A stretch of DNA of 63,409 bases, filler included, from Licmophora abbreviata (lineage: Eukaryota), in assembly GCA_900291995.1 (NCBI GenBank). It is 11 parts of 11 records of this genome, joined end to end, with 100 filler letters (N's around TTAATTAATTAA, not from the genome) between each part and the next. Parts side by side here need not be neighbours in the genome. Positions count along the whole stretch, not along the records: positions 34,611 to 49,311 come from OLMU01000598.1; 10 more parts are not named here. The stretch is one strand, 5' to 3'. Positions 36,324-47,945 of the stretch are shown piece by piece. The translations under genes and the position numbers were made by a program. The notes beneath the pieces were generated by a model, which saw only the letters and a program-made list of their open reading frames with translations, made no database searches and had not been told where the DNA came from. Position 1 is the stretch's first letter, and every line of letters starts with the position of its first letter.

Positions 36324-37601
36324 TCATCCCGCAACATCCAGCGCCAAACGCAACGTATCTTCAGACCACCCATATGCCCGTGCGCTATTCAATAGCTCTT
36401 GACGTTTCCGCAACCTCTCCACCACCGGGGACAAAGTGCCTTCCAACGACTCGTCGAGTTCAATTGCTTTCTCGTAATACTTTGCGCTCTCGTTCAACTT
36501 CCACAGCTCCGACAGTATTTCGCCCGCTCGAAGCCATGACTTGGAGTACGCCGGGAGCAGCTGTGTGGTGCGCAGTCCGTCTTGTGCTGCATGGAGAAGC
36601 GCGTACTGGTACAGTCCGTGCCGATGTTGGACCTTTCGGAACTTCGCTTGTTGATGCTTTGCATCGGATACGACTCGCTCGAACATAGGACCCGATAGGT
36701 CGGGAAACATGGCTGCCTCTTCGTACAACAGCTGAAGTGTACCCATTTCGGGTACCGACTGTGCAAGATCCGAGACTAGTTCCTGCAGCTCCCTTTTATG
36801 GCTGGACGAAGTTTCCAAGTACGCCGTAGCTCTGTTCAAGAGGATGATCCCTTCTTCGGCAGTAAAATTGGTCGCCAAAGCCCGATCATAGGCTTCAATC
36901 GCCTGCGCTGTCTCACCCTCTTCCAAATGACCATTTCCTACATACTTCCATTTGAGGCACTCTCGTGCGATTGAGTTGACGCCAGAGACACGCATGTGCC
37001 TCGTCAATATCCGATAGACCTTATCCACCGAATCAACATTCGACACTTCCAGACCATCATCATCGGCCTTATGATTTGACTGATGATCATTGCCGACGGG
37101 GACGCATCGAACAATAGGGCCCTTGACCTTTGGTTTGTCAAAGATCGCTGGTACGACTCGAACTTGATCTGAAGGGGACAGCCGCAGAAAGGCATCCAAG
37201 GTCGCGGCAGCACCGCGCTCGAGCGACATTTTTGACTGATCTACATACACGTCCCACGGCTAGAGATGGAGAGAGAATACGTATAAATCGGGTGAGGCAC
37301 GTCGGTGCGCTGCAGCGTGGCAGTGTACTATCAATGTGACACGAATACTCACTACGGAGGTGCCTCGATGTTCTTCGTCTTCTGTAAGGATGGTCGATCC
37401 GTTGCGACTCGGCGATGATGGCTCTCCTACGTCGATGTTATCATCTTCACCATTCGAAGACTGTATCGTGAAGAGAGTAAGACGATCTCTTCTTCCGAGC
37501 GTAAGATACGACGTGTGTCCCGAAAGAACATCCAAAGGCGCAAATCCCACCACAGGAGTAGGGAAAGCTATCATCACGATGACAATCGCGGCGCACGTCA
37601 T
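36324..37601 (-). CDS. Probably plastid-targeted TPR protein, 2 exons
   Basis: Signal peptide ending VVGF-AP; TPR-like helices KYVGNGHLEEG..AQAIEAYDRAL and AYSKSWLRAGEILSELWKLNESAKYYEKAIELD; GTGAGT..TAG intron about 37260-37352. Confidence 0.7.
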
Positions 37602-38096
37602 GATCGGACCACACCGTACGGGCAAGACGGATCGAGCTCCGGACTCATTTCGTCGTTCCGACTCATCGTCGCCGACGTGTCGAGGGCGACTCCCCCCATG
37701 TCGAGACTGCCTGAGTGCCTTCATGGAGTGTAACTCTGCGGATAAGTATCCAGCTGAGGCTCGTCTTGACAGCTCTGTGTCGCCATTGCATGTTCAATGT
37801 GGGTGTCAAATACTTTTCTTACTATGATCGACTTTCGACTCTTGTGACTCAAACGACTTGTTCGACTCATACGCAGGGTCGCGACGCGCGTGACCCCTCT
37901 TTACATCCGGGTTTGGAAGGAATTCGCAAGATCCGATGGAAACTTTGGAGTAAAAAATCCAAAAAACGCATAGGAAAGCGAAGACACGGAATAGCCGAGA
38001 CCCACATGCCGTGTGCAAGCCACATTTTCACTCCTTGCGCTGCCTTTTTGTTCGTGTGGATTGAAAGACGTCTCTAAAGTGAGACCGTGAGAGACT

Positions 38097-40844
38097 ATGG
38101 ATACTATCGTAAAGGGATTCCCGAGTCTGGTGAGGACGTCGGACGAAACCATCTCCAGCGGGACGAAATTTGAAGGAGTCAGTCGCGAGGTGCACTGTAT
38201 GGAAGTCATTAGTACCAGCATGCACTCGTTCTCCTTGTTTGATCCCAAAAGTCAGCGAATTCAAAAGATGCGACGCAGCCTCAATGCCTTGGATCTCAGA
38301 CATCATGTGGCGCATCTTGCGACGACTGAAGAGGAAGTGGACGAGTCTTCGTTGGATGGTACCGAGTCTCATCACCCCGAAGTTGCGTTTCCAGCCCAGA
38401 AGCTGACTCAAGCCAAGGAAATGTGCGCGACTCTTACACTCAAAGAAAAGATTGCCTTATGCTCAGGCCGCGACATGTGGTACCTCAAGAGCGTTCGCGA
38501 TCAGCTTTCGGCAGTCCTCATTGCGGATGGACCGCACGGCGTTCGCAAACAAGCCGACGGTGCTTCCACGGATTTTGTCACTGGTCGAGTCAAGGCGACG
38601 TGCTTTCCGACTGCGTCCTGTTTGGCCTGCTCGTGGGATCCCGCTTTGTTGAAGGAGATGGGAGTCGCACTCGGCAGGGAGTGTGTCAATGAAGATGTCA
38701 CTGTCTTGCTCGGACCAGGAATCAATATCAAGCGCCATCCGTGCGGTGGACGCAATTTCGAATACATGTCGGAAGACCCCTATCTCGCGGGTCATCTCGC
38801 GACAGGTCTGATCGAGGGTATTCAGAGTCAAGGTATCGGGACAAGTATCAAACATTTCTCGGTCAATAACGCAGAATGGGCACGGATGCGTGTAGACGCC
38901 CAAGTTGACGAGCGGACCTTGCGTGAAATCTACTGGAGGGCCTTCGAAATTGCCATCCGCGACAAGCCGCCACAACTTCAGCCCTGGACGATCATGTGCG
39001 CCTACAACAAGCTTAATGGCACGTACTGCTCGGAGCACGAAGAATTGTGGAAGATGATTCGTGAAGAATGGGGGTTTGCCGGACTCGTCATGACCGACTG
39101 GGGCGCAACCAACGATCGTGTTCGTGGATTGAAGGCGGGCGTCGACTTGGAAATGCCCGGTAGTCAAGGAGCATACGATTCGCAACTGAAAAGTGCCGTC
39201 AAGAAGGGAAAAGTTCCCATGGAGAAGTTGGACGCGACTGTCACGCGTAACCTGCAACTCAGCCTCGTGGGACAGGACGTCATGGACAGGCTCGTGCAGG
39301 TTGATCACAACGTGCACCACCAGTTGGCACGAAGGGTCGCAATGGAGAGTGCAGTTTTGCTCAGGAACGAGAATGGTCTTTTACCGCTGGCTAAGAATAC
39401 GTCGATTGCTGTGATTGGCAACTTCGCGAAGCTACCGAGATATCAGGGCATGGGCAGCTCACAAGTCTTCCCAACGAAAATCGATAGTGCTTGGAAGCGT
39501 CTCCAGGAACATACGGACTCGCTCGTCTATGCATGTGGGTATAATCGTGACAACGATAACACGAACAAGGCGCTGGTTGACGAGGCCGTTACGATTGCGA
39601 AGGAAGCTACTGTGGCAGTCATCTTTTGCGGGTTGCCGGAGAGCTATGAATCGGAAGGTTTTGATCGTCCCCACATGGGCATGCCGTCGAACCACAATGC
39701 CCTCATCGATGCCGTCTGCGCCGCAAATCCAAAGACTGTTGTGGTCCTATCCAATGGCTCACCGGTGACCATGCCATGGCTTGATAAGTCGGGTGCGATC
39801 CTTGAAGGATACTTGGGTGGGCAGGCCGGAGGATCAGCCATGGCTGATTTACTCTTTGGAGTTGCTTCGCCCTGCGGAAAGTTGGCGGAAACATTTCCTT
39901 TAAAGCAGGAAGACCATGCGTCTGACTCGAACTTTCCTGGAGAATACTATCAAGTTCAGTATCGTGAGGGGCTCAACGTCGGATACCGTCACTTCGACAG
40001 TGCCAACATGCCTGTGTTGTTTCCGTTTGGCCATGGGTTGACGTATTCAAAGTTCGAATACCGTGATCTTGAGACCACGGTATTAGGTGATGCCAAGGCT
40101 CTAGTCAAATTTACTGTTTGCAACGTTGGATCCGTCCGTGCGGCCGAAATCGCGCAGTGCTACGTCCACGACATCGAAAGCCTTGTTTACCGCCCGGAAC
40201 AGGAGCTCGCATCATTCTCGAAGGTATGGCTGGACCCAGGTGAAGAGCGAATAATTGAGTTCATACTTGAGGAGCGGGCGTTTGCTCTCTACGATATAAG
40301 CGCCAAAGATTGGATTGTGGAGCCAGGCGCCTTTGAGATTCGAGTCGGGGCTTCCAGCCGAGATCTTCCTCTTCGAAGCAAAGTCGAATTGTCTGCAGGT
40401 CGAACACCGAGCGAGCGTGCTCAGCTCTCGCACCCTCCGGCAAAGTATGCATCGATTACCAAGGTCAGCGACAAACAATTCTCTACCATGCTTGGTGTCG
40501 ATTCGTTGCCCATTCCACGACGGAGAGGTCGACCGTTTCACAACAACACACTCCTTGGCGAGCTCAAGCGATCTGTTTTAGGATTGATTGTACGAAAAGC
40601 AGTTTTCCACGGCGCAATGAAGGGGATGGAAGACCCGAATGACAAATTGCAACGAAAGTTGATGCGCGAAATATGTGAGAATATTCCAATGCGATCACTG
40701 GTCATCTTCAGCCAAGGCGGACTGACGTTTCAAGAGCTCAAATTGATGCTGCACTTCATGAATTCCAATCTAATCAAAGTTTGCGGACAAGGGTATCCCG
40801 TACTGAAGGAAAGGAGGAGGAGATTGAAAGCACTCAGCAACTGA
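38097..40844 (+). CDS. GH3 beta-glucosidase with Fn3-like domain, intronless
   Basis: ADGPHGVR, GRNFEYMSEDP, IKHF, MCAYN, nucleophile motif VMTDWGA, ESEGFDR, YREGLNVGYR, FPFGHGLTY. Confidence 0.95.
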   Translation: MDTIVKGFPSLVRTSDETISSGTKFEGVSREVHCMEVISTSMHSFSLFDPKSQRIQKMRRSLNALDLRHHVAHLATTEEEVDESSLDGTESHHPEVAFPAQKLTQAKEMCATLTLKEKIALCSGRDMWYLKSVRDQLSAVLIADGPHGVRKQADGASTDFVTGRVKATCFPTASCLACSWDPALLKEMGVALGRECVNEDVTVLLGPGINIKRHPCGGRNFEYMSEDPYLAGHLATGLIEGIQSQGIGTSIKHFSVNNAEWARMRVDAQVDERTLREIYWRAFEIAIRDKPPQLQPWTIMCAYNKLNGTYCSEHEELWKMIREEWGFAGLVMTDWGATNDRVRGLKAGVDLEMPGSQGAYDSQLKSAVKKGKVPMEKLDATVTRNLQLSLVGQDVMDRLVQVDHNVHHQLARRVAMESAVLLRNENGLLPLAKNTSIAVIGNFAKLPRYQGMGSSQVFPTKIDSAWKRLQEHTDSLVYACGYNRDNDNTNKALVDEAVTIAKEATVAVIFCGLPESYESEGFDRPHMGMPSNHNALIDAVCAANPKTVVVLSNGSPVTMPWLDKSGAILEGYLGGQAGGSAMADLLFGVASPCGKLAETFPLKQEDHASDSNFPGEYYQVQYREGLNVGYRHFDSANMPVLFPFGHGLTYSKFEYRDLETTVLGDAKALVKFTVCNVGSVRAAEIAQCYVHDIESLVYRPEQELASFSKVWLDPGEERIIEFILEERAFALYDISAKDWIVEPGAFEIRVGASSRDLPLRSKVELSAGRTPSERAQLSHPPAKYASITKVSDKQFSTMLGVDSLPIPRRRGRPFHNNTLLGELKRSVLGLIVRKAVFHGAMKGMEDPNDKLQRKLMREICENIPMRSLVIFSQGGLTFQELKLMLHFMNSNLIKVCGQGYPVLKERRRRLKALSN

Positions 40845-41496
40845 ACGGGCGTCCATCAATTCAGTTTGGCAGCAACAAATTATCAGAGATCAATAGTTGC
40901 TCTAGTTTCTCAGAGGTCTATTTACATAATGCTTCTACCGCAACCAACAAGACCACGAATCAAACTTTCCGGACAACCGGGTGTGGAGGTTGCAAGCTCT
41001 CTGTCTCGTTCTATCCTCCCACTACTGGGACTTGGTAGACTAGTCTACCATCACTGGAGCTTTTAGCAATCGTACCGGTAGTCTACCCATCAAAATAAGT
41101 CGAAACGAGTTTCCTTTTACGCTTGATGTATTCAGTATAGTACGACGTACCCTAGTCTGCGGTACCGTCTCCGGGTTTGCTGGATTGGTCGGCTCGACCG
41201 CTGCTCACCTGTCGAGCCTGTCGGGCAAGCCGAAAGAGCTGCGTCAGCAAGTTCAGTACCGCTCCATTAAACAGATACTCAATATACGTTATACAAGGAA
41301 GGATAAACTTTGGAATGTTTATTTAAATATTGCTTCATCCCTGTAGGTTGATCTATACTAGTTCCAAAGTGCCATTTTCTGAGAGGAAGTTCTCCTGCTC
41401 GTGCGTGACGCCAACGCTATTCCTCCACAACCTCACAAAATTCGGTCAAGACGCAGAACTTGAACCCTTGGATCTTGTTGAGTGCTGACGCTTACC

Positions 41497-44400
41497 ATGT
41501 CGACCGAACGAAGCGAAACCATCCCACCCTTTCTGGAGTATGAGGGCCAGGACTCGTACTTCGGAGGCGAGCCCCCACTCTCGAAGGGAGTCGGTTATCT
41601 TGTAGGTGAGTTCTGATCTCTCGCTTCGTGCACATTTTGAAATGACTCATGAAAAGATACTTTTTTTGCTTGGTTCGGAATACTAACCAACGATCCCCTG
41701 CACCGTCAACACAGTCCTTGGTTTTGGGGCCCTTTTCAGCGTCATCACCACTCTACTCGTGATGGCGGACAAGTACTTTGTCGGCCACAAGAACATTACA
41801 AGTGAGCAGTTCAAGTAAGTTCCACTTCGATTCTTTGATTGGTGTCGAACTCGCCGAAGTGGCGTAGCTGTGTCCCCACGGACCCTCCCCCCCGAACAAG
41901 ACCCTCTTACTTTGCCGTGAACCATGACTTCTTTCTACTGTATGTGCCATGTTGACTAACGACATCTTGCGCCACCATTTTCTCCATCACCTACAGCACC
42001 GCTGGGCGCATGATCAAGACGGGCCTTACGGCTTCTGTCATCGTGAGTCAGTGGACTTGGGCAGCCACTCTTCTTCAGTCGTCCAATGTTGCCTGGGCTT
42101 ATGGTGTCTCGGGTCCTTTCTGGTGAGTAAACCGAGATGGGAGGGTGTTTCGGCGCCATGGTAAATCGTAAATCGGTCCGCTTCAAATCGCGCGTGCCGA
42201 TGGAGCGACTTCTGTATGCATGATTCTCGATTACGCGACCACATGTTCCGTTAAATGACTGTGACGTGTGTATGTCCTAGATATGTCTTCCTTGACTTTC
42301 AACTTCCGCGTATCTTTCGGAAGATTGAAACTTCCGGAACTTTATCGGATGGCTGTCTGCTCTGCGTCCGCACGCCTTTCTGAATTCCCGATGCTTCGAC
42401 AACGAGAGCGCGGGGCGACACGTCTTCTCAATTGTTGCTCCCTCGTGGCTCGTGGCACGCTGTGATATCCTCATGAACGCTTCCTGAACGATCGTACGCA
42501 ACGCCTACCGCTGACACTCTCTCTGCCTTTTTGTGAATCCGTCATAGGTATGCTTCGGGAGCAACCATTCAGATCCTTCTGTTTGGCGTTCTCGCGATTT
42601 CCCTCAAGGAGATTGCGCCTTCTGCACACACCGTCTGTGAGATTGTGCGGGCTCGATGGGGAAAGACTGCCCATTTGACTTTTCTGTTTTTCGCTTTCTG
42701 CGCGAACGTTATCGTTGTAAGTACAAAAGAATGCTCTGGTGTGTTGCGACGTTATTTTTGCGGCCGCATGTTCTAAGGATTCGTTCTTGATTGTTCGTAG
42801 ACTTCCATGCTTTTGCTCGGTGGAGCAGCAACGGTAGAGGCTCTTACCGGTGTTGACTACCGTCTCGCCTCCTTTCTCATCCCCTGGGGAGTTATCCTCT
42901 ACACTGCCTCCGGCGGACTCAAGGCCACTTTCTTGGCGAGCTACATCCACACAGTCATCATCTTTGCCGTCCTCATTACCTTCATCTTTGTCGTGTACAT
43001 CAAGGTGTACAGTTCTGACCAGATCTACGACTTCTTGGACACGACTGTAAGCTTCACGCAGGAGGAGTGCGAAGAGATCTTCTCCAACGACCAGGGTACA
43101 TTCTTTGAAAAGGGAAAATACGCATGTGGTCCAGTTTCAGGTAACGAGGAGGGATCGTACCTAACTATGCTGTCCAGTGATGGTCTCATGTTCGGCATCA
43201 TCAACATTGTCGGAAACTTCGGTACTGTCTTCGTCGACCAGTCCTACTGGCAGTCGGCCATTGCTGCCCGCCCGAGCAGTGCGGCCAAGGGATACTTGCT
43301 TGGTGGCCTTTGCTGGTTCGCTATCCCGTTCTCGCTGGCCACATCGCTTGGTCTCGCGTCAACTGCTCTTATGCTTCCAATCACATCTTCCGAAGCCGGC
43401 GCGGGATTGGTTCCGCCTGCTGTGGCTGAGCACCTTCTCGGAGATGCTGGTGCCGCTCTTGTGCTCATCATGCTCTTCATGGCCATCGTGTCGACCGGGT
43501 CTGCCGAATCTATTGCTGTTTCGTCGCTCGTGGCGTACGATATTTACCGAGAGTACTTCAATCCTGAAGCTACCGGAGACCAGATTCTTTTCGTCTCTCG
43601 TTGCGTCATCGTTGCCTTTGGTCTGTTCATGGGAGCGTTCTCCATTGCTCTGTTCGAGATTGGATTGAGCCTCGGCTGGGTGTACCTCTTCGTAAGTGTC
43701 TCGCCCTAGCGTTCCTTTTTGACTCCTCGCGATCTTGTCATCTAACTGACGGTCTCCGTCTGTCCTCTTTCTCTATAGATGGGAGTCATTATTGGATCTG
43801 CTGTGGTCCCTCTCTGGAACATGATGACTTGGGATAAGGCGTCTGGCACCGGAGCTGTGATCTCCGCTTGGTCTGGACTGATCTTGGCCGTGACCGGATG
43901 GCTTATTGCTGCAAAGATCCAGAGCGATGAGGTTTCTGTGGATGCGCTTGGCACCAACGAAGTCATGCTGAGTGGAAACTTGATTGCCATTTGTTCCTCT
44001 GGAATCATTCACTACATTTACTCCAAGTTTATCGATCCTCAGGACTACGACTTCTCTGAACTTGATAAGGGAATTCATCTTGTAGAAGAAGATCTGTCGG
44101 GATTGGGAGCCGAACAGCAGGTAAGTCGGCATTGAGGACTTATGGTTTGCCAGCTGGTACTATTTGTCGCTGACAAGCCCGGGCGCTTCAATGTTCTTTC
44201 TCAAATTTCCAGGATCCGGTTGAACTCAAGAAAGCTCACCGCTGGATTACCCGCCGCGGCTACGTGATTACCTTCGTCCTCATCATTCTGTGGCCCATTT
44301 GTTCTATTCCAGCCGGCGTTTTTACGAAGCCTTACTTTTCCTTTTGGTAAGTCCACTGTGCCACCGGAACATGCTACTTCTTGTGTCTACTCTGCTAACT

Positions 44401-44692
44401 CCTCCTCCAATATGGATTCGCTGTCCAGGGTGCTCGTCTCCATTGCGTGGGGATTGGTGCCTGTATCGCCATCACCACTATCCCACTCCTGGAGAGTAGC
44501 GATGAGATCAACGCCGTGCTAGGTGGAATGCTTTCCATGATTACCTGTGGAGCCATTAATCTCAAGAGCACACAGGAAGACGAGGACGAAGCTCCCAAGG
44601 CTGAGGAGAATGAGACGTCTTCGGACGATGCGCTCGTCAAGGACGTCGAGGGAGAGATGCCCGTAGAGGAACTTGAGGAGGTCGAATCCTAG
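41497..44692 (+). CDS. DUR3: Urea active transporter (SSS family), about 9 exons, frameshift at about 44454
   Basis: [83 protein letters not shown]. Confidence 0.93.
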
Positions 44693-44906
44693 GCTGCATT
44701 CTACCGAATCAGCTGTTTACGTTATATGTACTTGAGAGCTCGTGGTGGGCTGTCTTACGCAGGGGTTAATAGACCCCTGGTCTGTCGGCCCATTCACTTG
44801 AGCACTGCATGTCTATCCTGCATCCGATCGAGCCACTGAGACGAGGGGCTTGTGAATGCTAAACAAAGAATAGTTTGCCTATTGTCAGTCGAACTTTAGC
44901 TTGAAT

Positions 44907-45850
44907 TTAGCTTTCAGGATCCAACAGGTGGGTCACTTTCCCATCTAGCTGTAGCAGTTCCAGATGCTTTGCTGCTCGTTCCAGCTTGCTCTTCATTTTT
45001 TGCTCGTGCCACTTTCGACGCTCCTCGTCCTTGAAGGATTGATTCCATTCTACATCCTCCAGTTTCAATAGTTTTGCCTTGGCCCGATCTGATCCGAGCA
45101 CCCTCTGTAGCAGAGCTATGGTTGCAACCTCTTCGACTCCAGCTGCACCGCGACTAGAAGAGTGATTCAATAGTTACTGTCAGTTTTGCTGGTCCGGTGG
45201 CGTGTAGCGCACAAGTCGATTGCTTCTTCCCTTACCTTCCGTCGGCATTCAAGTGGAGGCCATCTGATACGAGAGGAAACCCAGTCATTGCGAGTTTGGT
45301 CAGATTCCACATGGCGAGAGTGTTCCAGGGCGTCGTCCGTCCTGTCAAAGGGCCCTCGATCGTCATGGGGAACTTGATCGACGAAGATCCACTAGCACCC
45401 GCATAGTCATGTCCCGGTAAGACTGCCCCAGCAACGAGCGTATCATGGTCATCCATCTGCGCTTGGAGATGCTGTATAGACGACTCCGAAGCGCTGGTTT
45501 CGGCCGATACGAAAAGGATGTACCTCGCTTGGCACGTCACCGCTGCATAGCTCACGAGCGCATTCAGGGCAGGAAGGAACTTCTCCCAAGGTGTTACAGG
45601 AAGCACATGAACAGCGCGGTCGGTATCCTGGCCTCGTTTCACAGCATCTCGAACCGCGGCGACGTGATCATACTTTGGTATTCGCTCCTGACTGTCGACG
45701 GCAATTACGGCATGTCGTGCATGACAGTTGGTAAAAGGCGAACTTAGAAAAATTCCGAACCAAAGTATCCAAGCTTTCCTGTGACGGCGCATCCTTGGCA
45801 TTTCCGAGGTGCAAGCGGGTCGCTACGACGAGACTGGTCGGCTCTGACAT
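44907..45850 (-). CDS. Hypothetical protein; frameshift at about 45734, intron about 45160-45236
   Basis: Three consecutive same-strand ORFs give PVTPWEKFLPALNALV, GRTTPWNTLAMW, GVEEV and WHEQKMKSK. No family recognised with certainty. Confidence 0.6.
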
Positions 45851-46388
45851 ATCGTCTGTCGATGCTCTCCTTGTTTGAGATGCCGCAGCAGAAGAGGAGT
45901 AACAGGGAAAGACGGCTTTTCAAGTACAGGAGAAAACACAAGCAGAGGCTCTTCAGCTAGCCGCGTCGTACAGTCGCTGCGCCGAGAATGGATAAGAAGA
46001 CAGTGGTAAACTGATAGGACGGTGAATAGAATAAGCGATGCCCGTATGCATTGAAGCGACAGCGCGACGACACGAGAAACAGACAAAAACAATCATTGCA
46101 ATCAAAACGCGCGGCGCCGCGTTACACCGCATGACTCATACCCAAGAACGTATCAAACCTGATGCACCGAGGACTCGCCTCGTACCGCCAGTCATCAACA
46201 TGGCATTATCGCCTCATATCGTTGGTTCAGTTAGACATAACATCCTCTATCAGTCGATCCCCTGTACCTTGCTCCCGTCTCAAAGAGTTGAGGCCCTGAG
46301 CGGTGAAAGAGAAGGACATGAAGACCTAGGACTCGACGAGCGATCTACTTGCCAGAATTTCGAGCTGGTTTCCTAGTAGCTTTGTGAA

Positions 46389-47690
46389 TTACACAGATAG
46401 AGTACCTTTGCTACTCGCTGTCTTGCCCGCGCGACGGGGATCCACCGCCGAACAAAATCGCAAAGCGCGTCCAAACGCAATCGCCGTCGCCATAACTCTG
46501 TCCCGAACGCTATTTCCAGCCGTAGCTTGCACCACATGCACCGTCATGTGAGAGTTCATCACCAGAGACTCCAGGACATGCTCGAACATTTCAACAGTCC
46601 ACTCGCAGTGCTCAGGATCCACATATTCATCGTCACAGAGTTTCAGGTTGTGCGTTAGACACGGCCGATTCGACAAGTCCATGGTAACTTCTACGACGGA
46701 GCCGCCGTCGCGTCCCTCTGCACACCACATCCGATTCAACCCAGCCTTCGTCCCCAACGCTTGTGATAGACACTGACCGACGGCAATGCTCACGTCCTCA
46801 CTTGTATGATGGTCGTCCACCCACAGGTCTCCATTGCATTCTACATTCAACGTCATGTGAGCCTCTCGTGCCAAACTACAAAAGAACTCGTTCAGAGTGC
46901 GCAAGCCAGTATGAATACGAGACCCATCCTTTCCTCCGGCCATACTGAGTTCTATGGAAATACCTGTCTCCTTGGTCTTTCGATCCACCGTGCCCCGGCG
47001 CTGCAGTGCTATGGACTGCAGGTGCGACAGAGAACCCTCATCCCACAGCGCCAGCGTCGACGGATTCGCGGGAAGCGACGTGTTGGTGCCGTCCAACAAG
47101 TTTCGAAGTGCGCGACTGAATGCTTTGAAGGCGCTTTCGACGATGTGATGACCATTGTCGCCACGAATTTTCGTCAGTTGTATTTGTAGACCGGAATGAA
47201 TCGCCAGCTTGTAAAAAAAATCCTCAATGTATCTCGTTTGCAGTGATCCAATTTTAGTGCGACCCGTAGATTTCGGATAAATTCCATATGGCGCTAGAGA
47301 AAAGTTAGCACTTCCAATTTCCTTTTTGTCAATCGAAGTTGGAGTGCTCAATACACACTCCACGAGCGCTTCGTCAAGAGGACAACAGAATCGACTAGAT
47401 CCGTCGAAACCCGCCTCATGCTTGGGTAGCAGAAGCTTCAACTTGATTTCGTCCCCCAAAGCGGCACCGATTGACTCAAGTAGCTCCTGCTGATTCAACT
47501 CCGAATAACGATTGCGAGGAGCATCTTTCTCATAGGCTACATCACTTTTCGCCACTGCAATCCCGATGCCAATTTGGGCGTGAGAATTGAGCTGATCGAG
47601 CATGTGATCGAAAAATCCAATTCCGGTCGAAATTGGAAATTCAGATTTTCGTAAGTCAACGATCTGGAGATTCACGATGTTAAAGGTCAT
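46389..47690 (-). CDS. hisB: Imidazoleglycerol-phosphate dehydratase with two tandem IGPD units
   Basis: STGIGFFDHMLDQ, PLDEAL and NGHHIVESAFKAF in unit 1; RKTKET, DDHHTSED, DLSNRP and SSKGTL in unit 2. Likely start is ACC-ATG at 47690. Confidence 0.92.
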   Translation of the reverse strand: MTFNIVNLQIVDLRKSEFPISTGIGFFDHMLDQLNSHAQIGIGIAVAKSDVAYEKDAPRNRYSELNQQELLESIGAALGDEIKLKLLLPKHEAGFDGSSRFCCPLDEALVECVLSTPTSIDKKEIGSANFSLAPYGIYPKSTGRTKIGSLQTRYIEDFFYKLAIHSGLQIQLTKIRGDNGHHIVESAFKAFSRALRNLLDGTNTSLPANPSTLALWDEGSLSHLQSIALQRRGTVDRKTKETGISIELSMAGGKDGSRIHTGLRTLNEFFCSLAREAHMTLNVECNGDLWVDDHHTSEDVSIAVGQCLSQALGTKAGLNRMWCAEGRDGGSVVEVTMDLSNRPCLTHNLKLCDDEYVDPEHCEWTVEMFEHVLESLVMNSHMTVHVVQATAGNSVRDRVMATAIAFGRALRFCSAVDPRRAGKTASSKGTLSV

Positions 47691-47945
47691 GGTGGTACCG
47701 TATACGTTGGGCGCTTTGTCCAAGACGAGACACAAATGGGCAGTGATGGAGACAGGGGTGGAGAGGTCGACAGGGAGGTCGAGCACATCATCAATGGCAT
47801 CTTCAATCTGGCATCAAACTTCCTGCGCGGCGCGCGTCTGCGCCTCGATTCCAGATTCCTACCGGTACCTTATCGAACTTATACTCACGAGACGAGTGAC
47901 GAATACGCGGAGAGAGGCTAGGGGCTGACTTATCCAGATCTACTT

